In this document: positions 1 through 8,696 of the stretch, piece after piece | How the letters are laid out: every line of letters starts with the position of its first letter | Position numbering within the stretch: the first letter of the stretch is position 1 | Assembly: GCA_015069325.1 (NCBI GenBank) | Contig: SVIV01000002.1 | Location: forward strand, 181,694 to 245,693 | DNA: 64,000 bases | Direction: 5' to 3' | From: Clostridiales bacterium | Lineage (GTDB): Bacteria; Bacillota; Clostridia; Christensenellales; UBA1242 | The notes under the pieces: model-generated | What the model saw: only the letters and a program-made list of their open reading frames with translations | The model's database searches: none | Told to the model about the DNA's origin: nothing | Translations under genes and position numbers: made by a program

Positions 1-975
1 TTCTTCCATAACATTGGCTTTCTTCTTGAGTTCTCTATTTTGTTCTCTCATATTTTCAATTTTAAGATTATGAAGTTCGCCAAGTTCCAACGCATATTCA
101 AGTGCCTTATTAGGTTCGTTTGAATGCACGTGAACTTTTACAAGGTTTAAGTCCCCAATACAGATTACAGAATCACCAAGAGCACACAACTTATCACGAA
201 GTTTGTCAATGTCAGCTTCTGTGGTTTTCTTGTGCATATTAATAATCATATATTCTGTGCAATAACCAAATTCAATTTCTCCAAGGTTTTCAATGTCTGC
301 AAGAACATCATCCATAGTTTGTGGTTGTTTTTCATCGTCAAACTTGAATTCAAAATCTTCTTCACCCATAACAAGTTTATAAAAACCTGTAAAGATAACT
401 AAAATTCCCCTTCCGCCTGCATCAACAACACCAGCTTTTTTAAGCACTGGCAACATTTCAGGAGTTTGACTTAAAATTTCTTCACCTACTTGAAGAACAT
501 TTTTCAAAAACACTTCAAAGTCATCACACTTTTTCGCCATATTAACAGCATTTTCAGCCATAACGCGAATTACAGTGAGAATTGTGCCTTCCTTTGGTTT
601 AGTTACTGCTTTATAAGCAACATTTGCCCCTTCTTGCATCGCTCTTGCAAAATCTTTAGTAGTAATCTCTTCGTGTTTTGCAGTTTCACTGCAGAACCCT
701 TTAAAAATTTGTGAAGTGATAACACCACTGTTTCCCCTTGCACCTTTAAGTGCGCCTTTTGCGAAAGCATTACTGAGTGCTTCAGTTGTATTTTGCCCAC
801 ATTGAGACACTTCATTTACAGCTGACTTCATTGTAAGAAACATATTAGTTCCTGTATCTCCGTCTGGGACAGGAAAAACGTTGAGCGAGTCAACGTATTT
901 TTTATTTTGTTCAAGAAGGCTTGCGCCTGCTACTATCATTTTACGGAAAGTTGTTCCGTTTATTGTTTTAATCAT
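1..975 (-). CDS. DAK2/DhaL-domain protein, YloV-like (N-terminal part; gene runs off the window start)
   Basis: Absent from the ORF track because there is no stop in the window. Reverse translation from the ATG at 975 gives MIKTINGTTFRKMIVAGASLLEQNKKYVDSLNVFPVPDGDTGTNM...GARGNSGVI, the DhaL/DAK2 signature. Synteny yloV-asp23-rpmB matches Bacillus. Confidence 0.8.
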   Translation of the reverse strand, partial: MIKTINGTTFRKMIVAGASLLEQNKKYVDSLNVFPVPDGDTGTNMFLTMKSAVNEVSQCGQNTTEALSNAFAKGALKGARGNSGVITSQIFKGFCSETAKHEEITTKDFARAMQEGANVAYKAVTKPKEGTILTVIRVMAENAVNMAKKCDDFEVFLKNVLQVGEEILSQTPEMLPVLKKAGVVDAGGRGILVIFTGFYKLVMGEEDFEFKFDDEKQPQTMDDVLADIENLGEIEFGYCTEYMIINMHKKTTEADIDKLRDKLCALGDSVICIGDLNLVKVHVHSNEPNKALEYALELGELHNLKIENMREQNRELKKKANVMEE

Positions 976-996
976 AATTTAAATTACCTTTTGCTC

Positions 997-1347
997 CTAT
1001 ACTCTAACTCCGACAACGTGGACATTGACGGCATCAACAAGCATACCTGTAAAATTTTCAACGCTATACTTAACTGCTTTTCTGAGAGATTCAGCTACGG
1101 CACTAATCGATACGCCATATTTTAAAAGACAATAAACATCAATAAATATCCTGTTGTCTATATGATTAATCTTAATTCCTTTTGAATAAGATTCTTTTTT
1201 AAACGTTTCCTTTGCACTATCAATAATAGAACGGCTGACAAGGTCAACCACGCCATAACAATCAAGGGCAGCATAACCCGCAACAACCCTAATAGAGTTG
1301 TCGGAAATTGAAATATTGCCATAATAGTTGTTTGTATCGACTGTCAA
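997..1347 (-). CDS. Asp23/Gls24 family alkaline-shock protein (YloU-like)
   Basis: 116 aa with YGNISISDNSIRVVAGYAALDCYGVVDL, typical of the Asp23 family. It sits beside the DAK2 gene, as yloU-yloV do. Confidence 0.85.
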   Translation of the reverse strand: MTVDTNNYYGNISISDNSIRVVAGYAALDCYGVVDLVSRSIIDSAKETFKKESYSKGIKINHIDNRIFIDVYCLLKYGVSISAVAESLRKAVKYSVENFTGMLVDAVNVHVVGVRV

Positions 1348-1534
1348 ATTAGCCTCCTATCTGATTCTATGCAATTATATAATACTATAAACCGAGAAAA
1401 AAAACAACACTTTTTTAGTCTTTTATCAAAACTTTTTTAGTTTTTATAAGATTTTTTAAAAAAAGAGTTGATTTTTTCAACAAAAAATGATATAGTAGAG
1501 TGCAAAGACAAATATGAAATGGAGGACTATAACT

Positions 1535-1717
1535 ATGAGTAAAGTATGTGATATCTGCGGAAGAGGCAAAATGTCAGGAAAACAAGTATCTTTCTCTAAT
1601 AAGAAATATAACAGAACTTTTGACCTCAACCTTCAAAAAGTAACAGTTGAAGTTGATGGAAAAGAACAAACTGTTAAGGCTTGCACAAACTGCATCAGAA
1701 CTTTAAAGAAAGACTAA
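1535..1717 (+). CDS. rpmB: 50S ribosomal protein L28
   Basis: MSKVCDICGRGKMSGKQVSFSNKKYNRTF matches L28. GGAGGA RBS lies 7 nt before the ATG at 1535. The track start at 1514 is an upstream extension. Confidence 0.9.
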   Translation: MSKVCDICGRGKMSGKQVSFSNKKYNRTFDLNLQKVTVEVDGKEQTVKACTNCIRTLKKD

Positions 1718-1728
1718 TAAAAACAAAA

Positions 1729-1755
1729 AGAGAAGCAACTATGCTTCTCTTTTTT
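1729..1755. terminator. bidirectional rho-independent terminator
   Basis: Stem agagaagc/gcttctct flanked by an A-run and a T-run, between convergent rpmB and the 234-aa gene. Confidence 0.75.
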
Positions 1756-2458
1756 AATAACTTAATGCATTTTCAATCTCTTCTGACGAGACGTCTTTAA
1801 ACCCCACTAAAATGCTTGGCGGAGTTTTAATTTCTTGCTTGACGGGCTTCCAAAGGAGAATGCTATCCGTGTTTTTATCGTTAAATTTAGTTAGCGAGTC
1901 GCCCTTCTCTCCGTGAAAACTTACTGCCACTTCATCTCCAAATACTTCTTGCTTAATTTTACACATTGCGTTCCACGTAGGACGTTTATTAAAACCGCTT
2001 TTAACTTCCACCTGTTCAAATTCTTCGTTTTTTGAATGAGTATATGAATAAATCACCCCATCAATTTGAATTACTTTTTTACATAATAATTGTGGCTTGT
2101 TTTTCTTAAATTCATTTAAGTCCGGGTATGGAATTTTATCTTCTAGCGGAATCCACATATGAAGGCAGTTTTCTTTATTATTAACATAATCTGCTTTTTT
2201 AGGGTGGAATTCAACAACTCGTTCTTCACTTTCAAAAAATTTCTTTTTAATAGTTTCCATTATGTCCCAAGAAGGAATTCCACCTGAATAACTTGACACA
2301 GAAACGTGTTGCCAACCACAACCTACTGAAGCGATAACAAAATATTTATCTCCATTTATATCAAACTTGAATGCACCTGACGTTTGCTTGCTTTCATTAG
2401 TTTCGCTATAACCATCAATATGCACTCTATTAAGATTTAACGCCATTAAATTTTTCAT
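1754..2458 (-). CDS. hypothetical protein with internal two-fold duplication
   Basis: 234-aa ORF. Upstream promoter TTGCAA-N17-TGtgaTATAAT and RBS GGGGG. Two ~75-aa halves share the pattern ...(I/R)P(S/T)W(D/N)...K..(F/V)F...E..V.FH. Confidence 0.55.
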   Translation of the reverse strand: MKNLMALNLNRVHIDGYSETNESKQTSGAFKFDINGDKYFVIASVGCGWQHVSVSSYSGGIPSWDIMETIKKKFFESEERVVEFHPKKADYVNNKENCLHMWIPLEDKIPYPDLNEFKKNKPQLLCKKVIQIDGVIYSYTHSKNEEFEQVEVKSGFNKRPTWNAMCKIKQEVFGDEVAVSFHGEKGDSLTKFNDKNTDSILLWKPVKQEIKTPPSILVGFKDVSSEEIENALSY

Positions 2459-2517
2459 AAAGCCCCCTAAATCAATTCTATTATATCACACTTTAATAGA
2501 ATTGCAATAGGGATCTT

Positions 2518-2619
2518 CTAATCTTTACTTTTACAAAATTTTCTCAATAAAAATGCGAGCCACTTTGGTGCTTTAAAGCACATAATTTTATACTTTCCAT
2601 TTTCTTTTTGTTTAGTCAT
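2518..2619 (-). CDS. candidate SpoVM-like small amphipathic peptide (33 aa; alternative 21-aa form from the ATG at 2583)
   Basis: Below the ORF-track length cut-off. Translation is MTKQKENGKYKIMCFKAPKWLAFLLRKFCKSKD. The core FKAPKWLAFLLR resembles B. subtilis SpoVM IKLPKFLGGIVR. spoVM lies next to rpmB in Bacillus. The RBS is weak. Confidence 0.35.
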   Translation of the reverse strand: MTKQKENGKYKIMCFKAPKWLAFLLRKFCKSKD

Positions 2620-2650
2620 ATTATCTTTTATGAAGGCAATTTTAAAATTG

Positions 2651-4726
2651 TTACTTTTTATTACACTCTTTTAAACAATTTTTACCATATGGACATCTTC
2701 TTTTTTTAAGTTTTTTGAATATCACAACCACAGAAATGATTATAGTAAACATTGCCAACAGCAACAAAACAACTCTTGTAACTCCAAATATTTCGCAGGC
2801 AGAAGAGATTGAATAAACAACAAAAGCACAAATGTAAGCAACAACAAACTCAATTAATACAGATATTGCTGTCCACTTCCTTCCTATTTCCTTATTTAAA
2901 ACCGAGATGGTCGCAAAGCAAGGCATATACAACAGGCAAAATACTAAAAACGAAAGCACCGAACTTGCACTTGCAAAACTGGCAACTGCACTTAAGGACA
3001 AAATGGACGATGCTATCTCACCTGGTGGCACATTATTGAACATTGCTATTGACGAAACTATCACTTCTTTCGCCACAAGCCCCGCAATCAAACTTGCCAC
3101 TAGTGCCCAAGAACCAAACCCTAAAGGAATAAACATCGGCGCGAGCAACCGCCCAAACGTTTCAAGCATACTTTGACCTTTCCCGTTAGGAACATATTTA
3201 AAGGAAATAGTAAAATTTGACAGGAGCCATACAATCACATTCATCGCAATAATAATCCCGCCGACACGTGAAATAAAGAGTTTTATATTTTTCCACAGCA
3301 CTTTAACCGCCGATTTGATACTGGTCATTCTATAAGACGGAAACTCTAAAATAAAGGATTGTTTTTGGCTTTTTAAATATGTTTTTTCAAAAATAAATGA
3401 GATAAGAAGTGCAATAATCACACCAAGTAGGTATAATCCCAAAACCACCCAAATATTGTTTGCTCCAAAGAATGCACCTCCCAAAACTGTGTAAATGGGG
3501 AATTTTGCACTACAACTCATATATGGGGTAAGGAGCGCTGTTTTCATTTTTGATTTTTCATCTTCCATATTTCTTGAAGTCAAGACTGCTGATGTAGAAC
3601 ACCCAAACCCCATCAAAAGTGTATAAATCGCTTTCCCACTAAGCCCCACCTTAGATAAGATATCATCAAACAAAAAGGCTATTCGAGCAAGATATCCGCT
3701 ATCTTCTAAAATAGACAAGAATAAAAAAAGAAGACCAACTTGCGGTAAAAAAGCGAGAATTGCACCAGCACCACCAAAGACCCCATCACAAAATAGGTTT
3801 GTAATCCAACTACCCTGCCCAAACAATGAAATCAGCCCGCATGATAATGGCGAGAAGATGAGTTTTTCAATTGTCAACGCAAGTAAATCAGAAAGCCATC
3901 TGCCTACAGAGAAAAAGGTAATATAAAACACACTTGCAAGAATGCCCAAAAACACAGGAAATGCCAAAATTTTGTTTAAAAACAGGCCATCTAACTTACT
4001 TTTCCCCTGAACTTTTCCATTCGAAACTATTGAATCTTTCAAAACATCATCAATATAGTCATATCGTATTTTCGCAATTTCATCACAAAAGTTGAACATT
4101 TCATTGATTTTAAACTTTTCTTTTACATATTCATCATCTTCCAGTGTTTTTATTTTATAATAACGGCTGTTCTTTTCCCCAAAATCAAACCTTGACACCT
4201 TTTGTAAATCAATTTTTCTTACATAGTGCAAAGCATATTCTCTTTCTTCTTGAAAATTAACAATTGCTCTGTTTATCTCTTGACAGGCGTTTCTATCACC
4301 CGCATTAAGATGTATTATTTTTACTCCCAATAAATTTGATAATTTCAAATAATCACATTTTTGCATAGGCTTTTTATCAATTTGATTTACCACTAAAATC
4401 ACTTTAAGTCCCAGTTCCAAAAGAGAAAGTGTGAGATATAAATTTCTTCGTAAATTGCTTGCATCACAAATATTAATCACAATATCTTGCAAATTTTTGT
4501 ATATATAATCTCTTGCAACCTTTTCTTCAAAACTTAAAGACGAAAGTGAGTAAATCCCCGGAAGATCAATTAACCTTATTTGTTCTTCTTTAAACTGATA
4601 TACTCTTGCCTTTTCTGTGACGGTTACCCCGTGCCAATTTCCCGTTTTTTCATTTGCCCCTGTCAAAGAATTGAAAAGAGTTGTCTTCCCCGTATTTGGG
4701 TTGCCTACTAACATCACATTAATCAT
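2651..4726 (-). CDS. feoB: ferrous iron transporter FeoB (with Cys-rich C-terminal tail)
   Basis: 691 aa. N-terminal G-domain VMLVGNPNTGKTTLFN...DLPG, followed by a polytopic membrane domain. The C-terminus ends RRCPYGKNCLKECNKK. Confidence 0.95.
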   Translation of the reverse strand: MINVMLVGNPNTGKTTLFNSLTGANEKTGNWHGVTVTEKARVYQFKEEQIRLIDLPGIYSLSSLSFEEKVARDYIYKNLQDIVINICDASNLRRNLYLTLSLLELGLKVILVVNQIDKKPMQKCDYLKLSNLLGVKIIHLNAGDRNACQEINRAIVNFQEEREYALHYVRKIDLQKVSRFDFGEKNSRYYKIKTLEDDEYVKEKFKINEMFNFCDEIAKIRYDYIDDVLKDSIVSNGKVQGKSKLDGLFLNKILAFPVFLGILASVFYITFFSVGRWLSDLLALTIEKLIFSPLSCGLISLFGQGSWITNLFCDGVFGGAGAILAFLPQVGLLFLFLSILEDSGYLARIAFLFDDILSKVGLSGKAIYTLLMGFGCSTSAVLTSRNMEDEKSKMKTALLTPYMSCSAKFPIYTVLGGAFFGANNIWVVLGLYLLGVIIALLISFIFEKTYLKSQKQSFILEFPSYRMTSIKSAVKVLWKNIKLFISRVGGIIIAMNVIVWLLSNFTISFKYVPNGKGQSMLETFGRLLAPMFIPLGFGSWALVASLIAGLVAKEVIVSSIAMFNNVPPGEIASSILSLSAVASFASASSVLSFLVFCLLYMPCFATISVLNKEIGRKWTAISVLIEFVVAYICAFVVYSISSACEIFGVTRVVLLLLAMFTIIISVVVIFKKLKKRRCPYGKNCLKECNKK

Positions 4727-4729
4727 AAC

Positions 4730-4957
4730 CTACTCCACCCATACAAATTCTGTTAAACTCTTTCTCATTGAAATATAATACCCTTTGATTTCAAGCAAAT
4801 ATGTTTCTCCTAAAATAGACTTTTTTGCAATTTTTACCAATTGCCCAGCGGTAAAACCTAGTTCCAAAAGCCTTCTTTTTATTTGCATAGGGGCAACTGC
4901 ATCAATCATAACAATTTTTCTATATTTCCCCACCTTGCATTGCATCAGTTTTTCCAT
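4730..4957 (-). CDS. feoA: FeoA family iron transport protein
   Basis: 75 aa, ending 3 nt upstream of the feoB start. Contains RRLLELGFTAGQLVKI, a FeoA/SH3-like motif. Confidence 0.85.
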   Translation of the reverse strand: MEKLMQCKVGKYRKIVMIDAVAPMQIKRRLLELGFTAGQLVKIAKKSILGETYLLEIKGYYISMRKSLTEFVWVE

Positions 4958-5069
4958 ATCTTAAATTACTCTGTCTACCTGTTTTATATGACAAAATTTG
5001 ATAAATTACACTCTTTTGGTTGCAAAACATCGCAAGTTGTGATATCCTATACAAACAAGGAGAACTATT

Positions 5070-5513
5070 ATGAAATGTATTTATTGTGGTGGTGAAGAAA
5101 GCAAAGTGCTTGACTCAAGAAATAGCGATGAAAGCAACGCAATCCGAAGAAGAAGAGAATGCCTTGAATGTGGAAGAAGATATACTACCTATGAAACTAT
5201 TGAAACAACACCCATTTTAGTTGTAAAAAATGATGGCTCAAGACAATCATTTGATCCATTGAAAATTAAAAATGGGATTATTAAAGCTTGCGAAAAAAGA
5301 CCAGTGAGCATAAATCAAATTGAAGAAGTTGTGCAGGCAATAGAAAAACAAATTCAAAATAAACTTACACAAGAAATTAAATCATCAGAGCTTGGCGAAA
5401 TGGTTATGGACGCTTTAAAAGGGCTTGACGAAGTGGCTTATGTCCGCTTTGCATCTGTTTATCGTCAATTTAAAGATATTGAATCTTTCAAAAAACTTCT
5501 GGAAAATATGTAG
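5070..5513 (+). CDS. nrdR: transcriptional repressor NrdR
   Basis: MKCIYCGGEESKVLDSR...CLECGRRYTTYE zinc ribbon followed by an ATP-cone. RBS AAGGAG. Confidence 0.95.
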   Translation: MKCIYCGGEESKVLDSRNSDESNAIRRRRECLECGRRYTTYETIETTPILVVKNDGSRQSFDPLKIKNGIIKACEKRPVSINQIEEVVQAIEKQIQNKLTQEIKSSELGEMVMDALKGLDEVAYVRFASVYRQFKDIESFKKLLENM

Positions 5514-5542
5514 GAAAACTTAGTTTGCATCATTTTATAAAC

Positions 5543-5572
5543 AAAAAAACAGGCCACTATCGCCTGTTTTTT
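5543..5572. terminator. bidirectional rho-independent terminator
   Basis: Stem acaggc/gcctgt with an A-run and a T-run, between convergent nrdR and ylmC. Confidence 0.75.
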
Positions 5573-5849
5573 ATTTATTTCCCAAAACATATGGATTCGT
5601 TGGCACGCCTTGCGAGTGAAGTTCAATTAAAATAGCATCTTCCCCTATTCGCTTTACACAATTATATGGCACGAAAAGTTGGTCGCAAGGCTTAAAAATA
5701 TTCCAACCTGTTTTTTCTCCTGGCAAAATAAAACCCAGCACTCGTGCACAAGAAAGGTCAAAAACAATATCTGTTATATGCCCCAGCCTTCGACCATCTA
5801 AAACATTGACAACTTCTTTGCATCGAAGTTCTAAAAAAGTAGCTTCCAT
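5571..5849 (-). CDS. YlmC/YmxH family sporulation protein (PRC-barrel)
   Basis: 92 aa with LRCKEVVNVLDGRRLGHITDIVFD, typical of YlmC/YmxH. Located downstream of sigG, as in many spore formers. Confidence 0.8.
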   Translation of the reverse strand: MEATFLELRCKEVVNVLDGRRLGHITDIVFDLSCARVLGFILPGEKTGWNIFKPCDQLFVPYNCVKRIGEDAILIELHSQGVPTNPYVLGNK

Positions 5850-5971
5850 AGTGTAAGATATTGTCGAATTTTAAAAAATATTACAAAAAATCAAGTCTTT
5901 TATAAATTTAAATTTTCCAGCTTTTTGCCCAACTTCTATAAATTTTTCATCTCCTTATAAAAGCATTTGTA

Positions 5972-6062
5972 GGAGTTCGGGGCGAGCCTAACGCTCGGCG
6001 ACTTTTTATCACTCTATTACAGTCGTCCAACATTTGGTTGGCCCGAGTCTTTTGGGACTTTT
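5972..6062. ncRNA. GC-rich structured intergenic element (unknown class)
   Basis: GC-rich island in an AT-rich spacer. Nested helices: tcggg(5977-81)/cccga(6042-46), cgagc/gctcg(5983-97), ggcgact/agtcg-cc(5997-6028), ccaac/gttgg(6027-41). Confidence 0.3.
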
Positions 6063-6836
6063 CTAGCATAGAAAAGTTTTAATCACTTTTAATGCATTTT
6101 TTTCAAGTCTTGAAACCTGTGCTTGACTTATCCCTATTTCTTCTGAAACTTCTGTTTGGGTTTTCCCAACATAATATCTCATCAAAAGAATTTCTTTTTC
6201 TCTGCCTGAAAGAGATTTTATTGCATCTTTAATTGAAAGATTTTCAAAAATATTTTCATCTGTATTTTTAGTGTCAGCAATTTGGTCTAAAATATGAATA
6301 GTATCTGCCCCGTCTGTATACACAGGATCATTTAATGAAACGGTATCACTAATTGCATCAAGGGCAAAAGTTACATTTTGAGCGGGGATATCAATAAACT
6401 TCGCAATCTGTTCGATTGTAGGCTCTTCAAAAGAGTTCTTAGAAAGTTCTTCTTTTGCTTGCAACGCTTTATATGCAATATCCCTTAAGCTGCGACTTAC
6501 ACGCATTGAATTGTTGTCCCTTAAATATCTTCTTATTTCTCCTACAATCATCGGCACTGCATATGTTGAAAACTTAACATTTAAAGTGTTGTCAAAATTA
6601 TCGATTGCTTTCATAAGTCCCACGCAACCTACTTGAAACATATCGTCTGCCCTATCTCCCTTTCCGCCAAAGCGGTGAACTACCGAAAGCACCAGCCTAA
6701 GATTTGCAACCACAAAATGCTCTCGCGCCCTTGCATCACCTGACTTTACCTTTTTCATAAGTTCTTCCATATCCTTGCTTGAAAGCTTAGGAAGATGAGT
6801 TGTATCAACACCTGCTATACTTACCTTTGAAGCCAT
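6063..6836 (-). CDS. sigG: RNA polymerase sporulation sigma factor SigG
   Basis: 257 aa. Sigma-70 regions 2-4 (FVVANLRLVLSVVHRF, GCVGLMKAIDNFD, C-terminal HTH). Immediately downstream of sigE, as in the spoIIG-sigG locus. Confidence 0.85.
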   Translation of the reverse strand: MASKVSIAGVDTTHLPKLSSKDMEELMKKVKSGDARAREHFVVANLRLVLSVVHRFGGKGDRADDMFQVGCVGLMKAIDNFDNTLNVKFSTYAVPMIVGEIRRYLRDNNSMRVSRSLRDIAYKALQAKEELSKNSFEEPTIEQIAKFIDIPAQNVTFALDAISDTVSLNDPVYTDGADTIHILDQIADTKNTDENIFENLSIKDAIKSLSGREKEILLMRYYVGKTQTEVSEEIGISQAQVSRLEKNALKVIKTFLC

Positions 6837-6949
6837 AAATCCCCCTTAGATAAAAATATCTTTCGCTTATGACTTTAAAAATATTCAATGCCGACAAAAA
6901 TGGACAAAACTCCACAAAATGATCGTTATATTGCAAAAACAAGCGGGAA

Positions 6950-7681
6950 TTAAACTTGAAACTCCTTAATAAGCTTATCTTTCATCTCCGAAAGTATGCG
7001 TTTTTCAAGTCTAGAAATATAACTTTGACTGATGCCCAGTTTAACGGCAACTTCTCTTTGAGTAAGTTCATCATGTCCTTCGAGTCCATAACGAAGCACC
7101 ATAATCTCTCTTTCTCTTTTCCCCAGTTTTTCTATAATAGAATCTATCACCTGCTTTTCTGAAGGTTTGTCAATTGTTTCTTCCTGCATATCGTCATCTG
7201 ATGGAATAATATCACCAAGCACTAATTGGTTGCCGTCATAGTCTTCGCAAAGGGGATTATCTAAACTCAAATCATTTTTAATTTTGCTTGTTTTTCTTAT
7301 TTGCATCAATATTTCATTCTCTATGCAACGAGACGCATAGGTTGCAAGACGAATGTTTTTGTCGCTTTTAAACGTTTTTACCGCCTTTATAAGTCCAATT
7401 GCACCAATAGCAATTAAATCTTCATATTCAATGTTTGCATTGTCAAACTTGCGGGCAATATAAGCAACCAATCTTAAATTATGTTCAACCAGTTTCTCCA
7501 CAGCAAAAGTATCGCCATTTTCTTTGGCATCTAATAGATTTCTTTCTTCTTCAACTTCTAAAGGTGGCAAAAACTCTTCATTGCCACATACATAACATAC
7601 TATCCCCTTGACTGACAATAACCCTTTTTTGTCAAACAAAGTCTTCAACCAAAGCTTAAAATTAAATAAAAGTTTATTCAT
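6950..7681 (-). CDS. sigE: RNA polymerase sporulation sigma factor SigE (pro-sigma-E)
   Basis: 243 aa with an N-terminal pro-sequence, then YVCGNEEFLPPLEVEEE, then sigma regions 2-4. Follows spoIIGA. Confidence 0.9.
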   Translation of the reverse strand: MNKLLFNFKLWLKTLFDKKGLLSVKGIVCYVCGNEEFLPPLEVEEERNLLDAKENGDTFAVEKLVEHNLRLVAYIARKFDNANIEYEDLIAIGAIGLIKAVKTFKSDKNIRLATYASRCIENEILMQIRKTSKIKNDLSLDNPLCEDYDGNQLVLGDIIPSDDDMQEETIDKPSEKQVIDSIIEKLGKREREIMVLRYGLEGHDELTQREVAVKLGISQSYISRLEKRILSEMKDKLIKEFQV

Positions 7682-7765
7682 ATTTTCTCCTTTTAATTAT
7701 TTTAAAAGATATTAATTTTCTCTTGAAATAAAAATATATTAAAAAAAGTCGAAAAAAGTCGACTT

Positions 7766-8566
7766 TTATATCATCTCATAGTTGAGTAAAACATTTTTAC
7801 CAAAACTCTTTTCAAAACCGGAAAAAGATAGCCCCAGCATTGCATCTTTAAAAAGCTTATTTTCTCCAATCCAAAGTTCATCAACACTGAAAACCAAAAT
7901 TTTATTTCCACTGCCAATCCCTTTAATAGAAACAAAATGTCCCAACTTAAAATCTTTAAAATTGTATTGTTTAGTCAGTGCTGAAACATAATTTACATTC
8001 TCATAAAGTTTATGAAAAACATCAAAAGTAACTAGTATAATAGGCTTGTTTGTAACGCTATCTTTCATCACATTTCCGCTATCTAAATACCCTTGTTCAC
8101 AAATGACTTTTTCGCCATCTTTTATCTTTATTTCAAAGGTAAATTGATTAATTTTATTTGACCGGTCAATTGAATGTAAAAGATATTTAATGCAGAAATA
8201 ACTTACAAGCAAAATCAAACTTGCCACAAACAAAGAAAACTCACCTATCAAGTTTTTAATGCCTTCCATTATTCCACCAAACACACAGGTAGCGAGTAGC
8301 ACCAACGCAATATTACGCAAAAACAACAAAAAATTGTAATATTTAAAAGATATTAAAACAATTAAATTTACACAAAAAATCAAGAGTAAAATTTTCAAAA
8401 TATTACTAAGTTGAAAAATGGGATATATTACACTTACTATGCTTCCTAAAAACGCAGAAAAAAACTTGAATCGAGCTTTTTGTTTTAATACCTTTGACGA
8501 CAATTCTAAAGATAAAAGACAAGATAAAAAAGATATTGCAAGAGTGTGCTCAACAATAATTAGCAT
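7766..8566 (-). CDS. spoIIGA: sigma-E processing peptidase SpoIIGA
   Basis: 266 aa. N-terminal multi-TM domain and C-terminal aspartic protease motif GYLDSGN. Synteny with sigE/sigG. Confidence 0.85.
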   Translation of the reverse strand: MLIIVEHTLAISFLSCLLSLELSSKVLKQKARFKFFSAFLGSIVSVIYPIFQLSNILKILLLIFCVNLIVLISFKYYNFLLFLRNIALVLLATCVFGGIMEGIKNLIGEFSLFVASLILLVSYFCIKYLLHSIDRSNKINQFTFEIKIKDGEKVICEQGYLDSGNVMKDSVTNKPIILVTFDVFHKLYENVNYVSALTKQYNFKDFKLGHFVSIKGIGSGNKILVFSVDELWIGENKLFKDAMLGLSFSGFEKSFGKNVLLNYEMI

Positions 8567-8696
8567 TTTTTCTCCTTATCTTAAATTTATCAAAAATAAA
8601 CATCATTTCAAAAAAATTAATTGTCAAATGTTTGCGAATAAAAAAATAAAACAGAGAAATTCTCTGTTTTATTTTAATAAAATATCAATCATCATT

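Noticed and set aside
2809-3176. Antisense or overlapping ORFs of 60-170 aa inside confirmed genes. Examples: 2809-3039, 2907-3176, 33112-33618, 36288-36728, 41137-41515 and 60196-60841.
   Set aside because: They lie opposite, or out of frame within, strongly supported genes. They have no RBS and are low-complexity, as expected from AT-rich antisense frames.
5977-6046. A tRNA-like cloverleaf for the GC-rich element.
   Set aside because: The arm lengths and loops (5-nt loops, one 17-nt loop with a bulged stem) and the absence of a T-loop GTTCRANYC or a D-loop are incompatible with a tRNA on either strand.
7725-7765. A hairpin (AGTCG...CGACT with A and T runs) between spoIIGA and sigE as an intra-operon terminator.
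   Set aside because: The stem is only 5 bp and overlaps a GTCGAC palindrome. spoIIGA-sigE are normally co-transcribed, so this is too weak to call.
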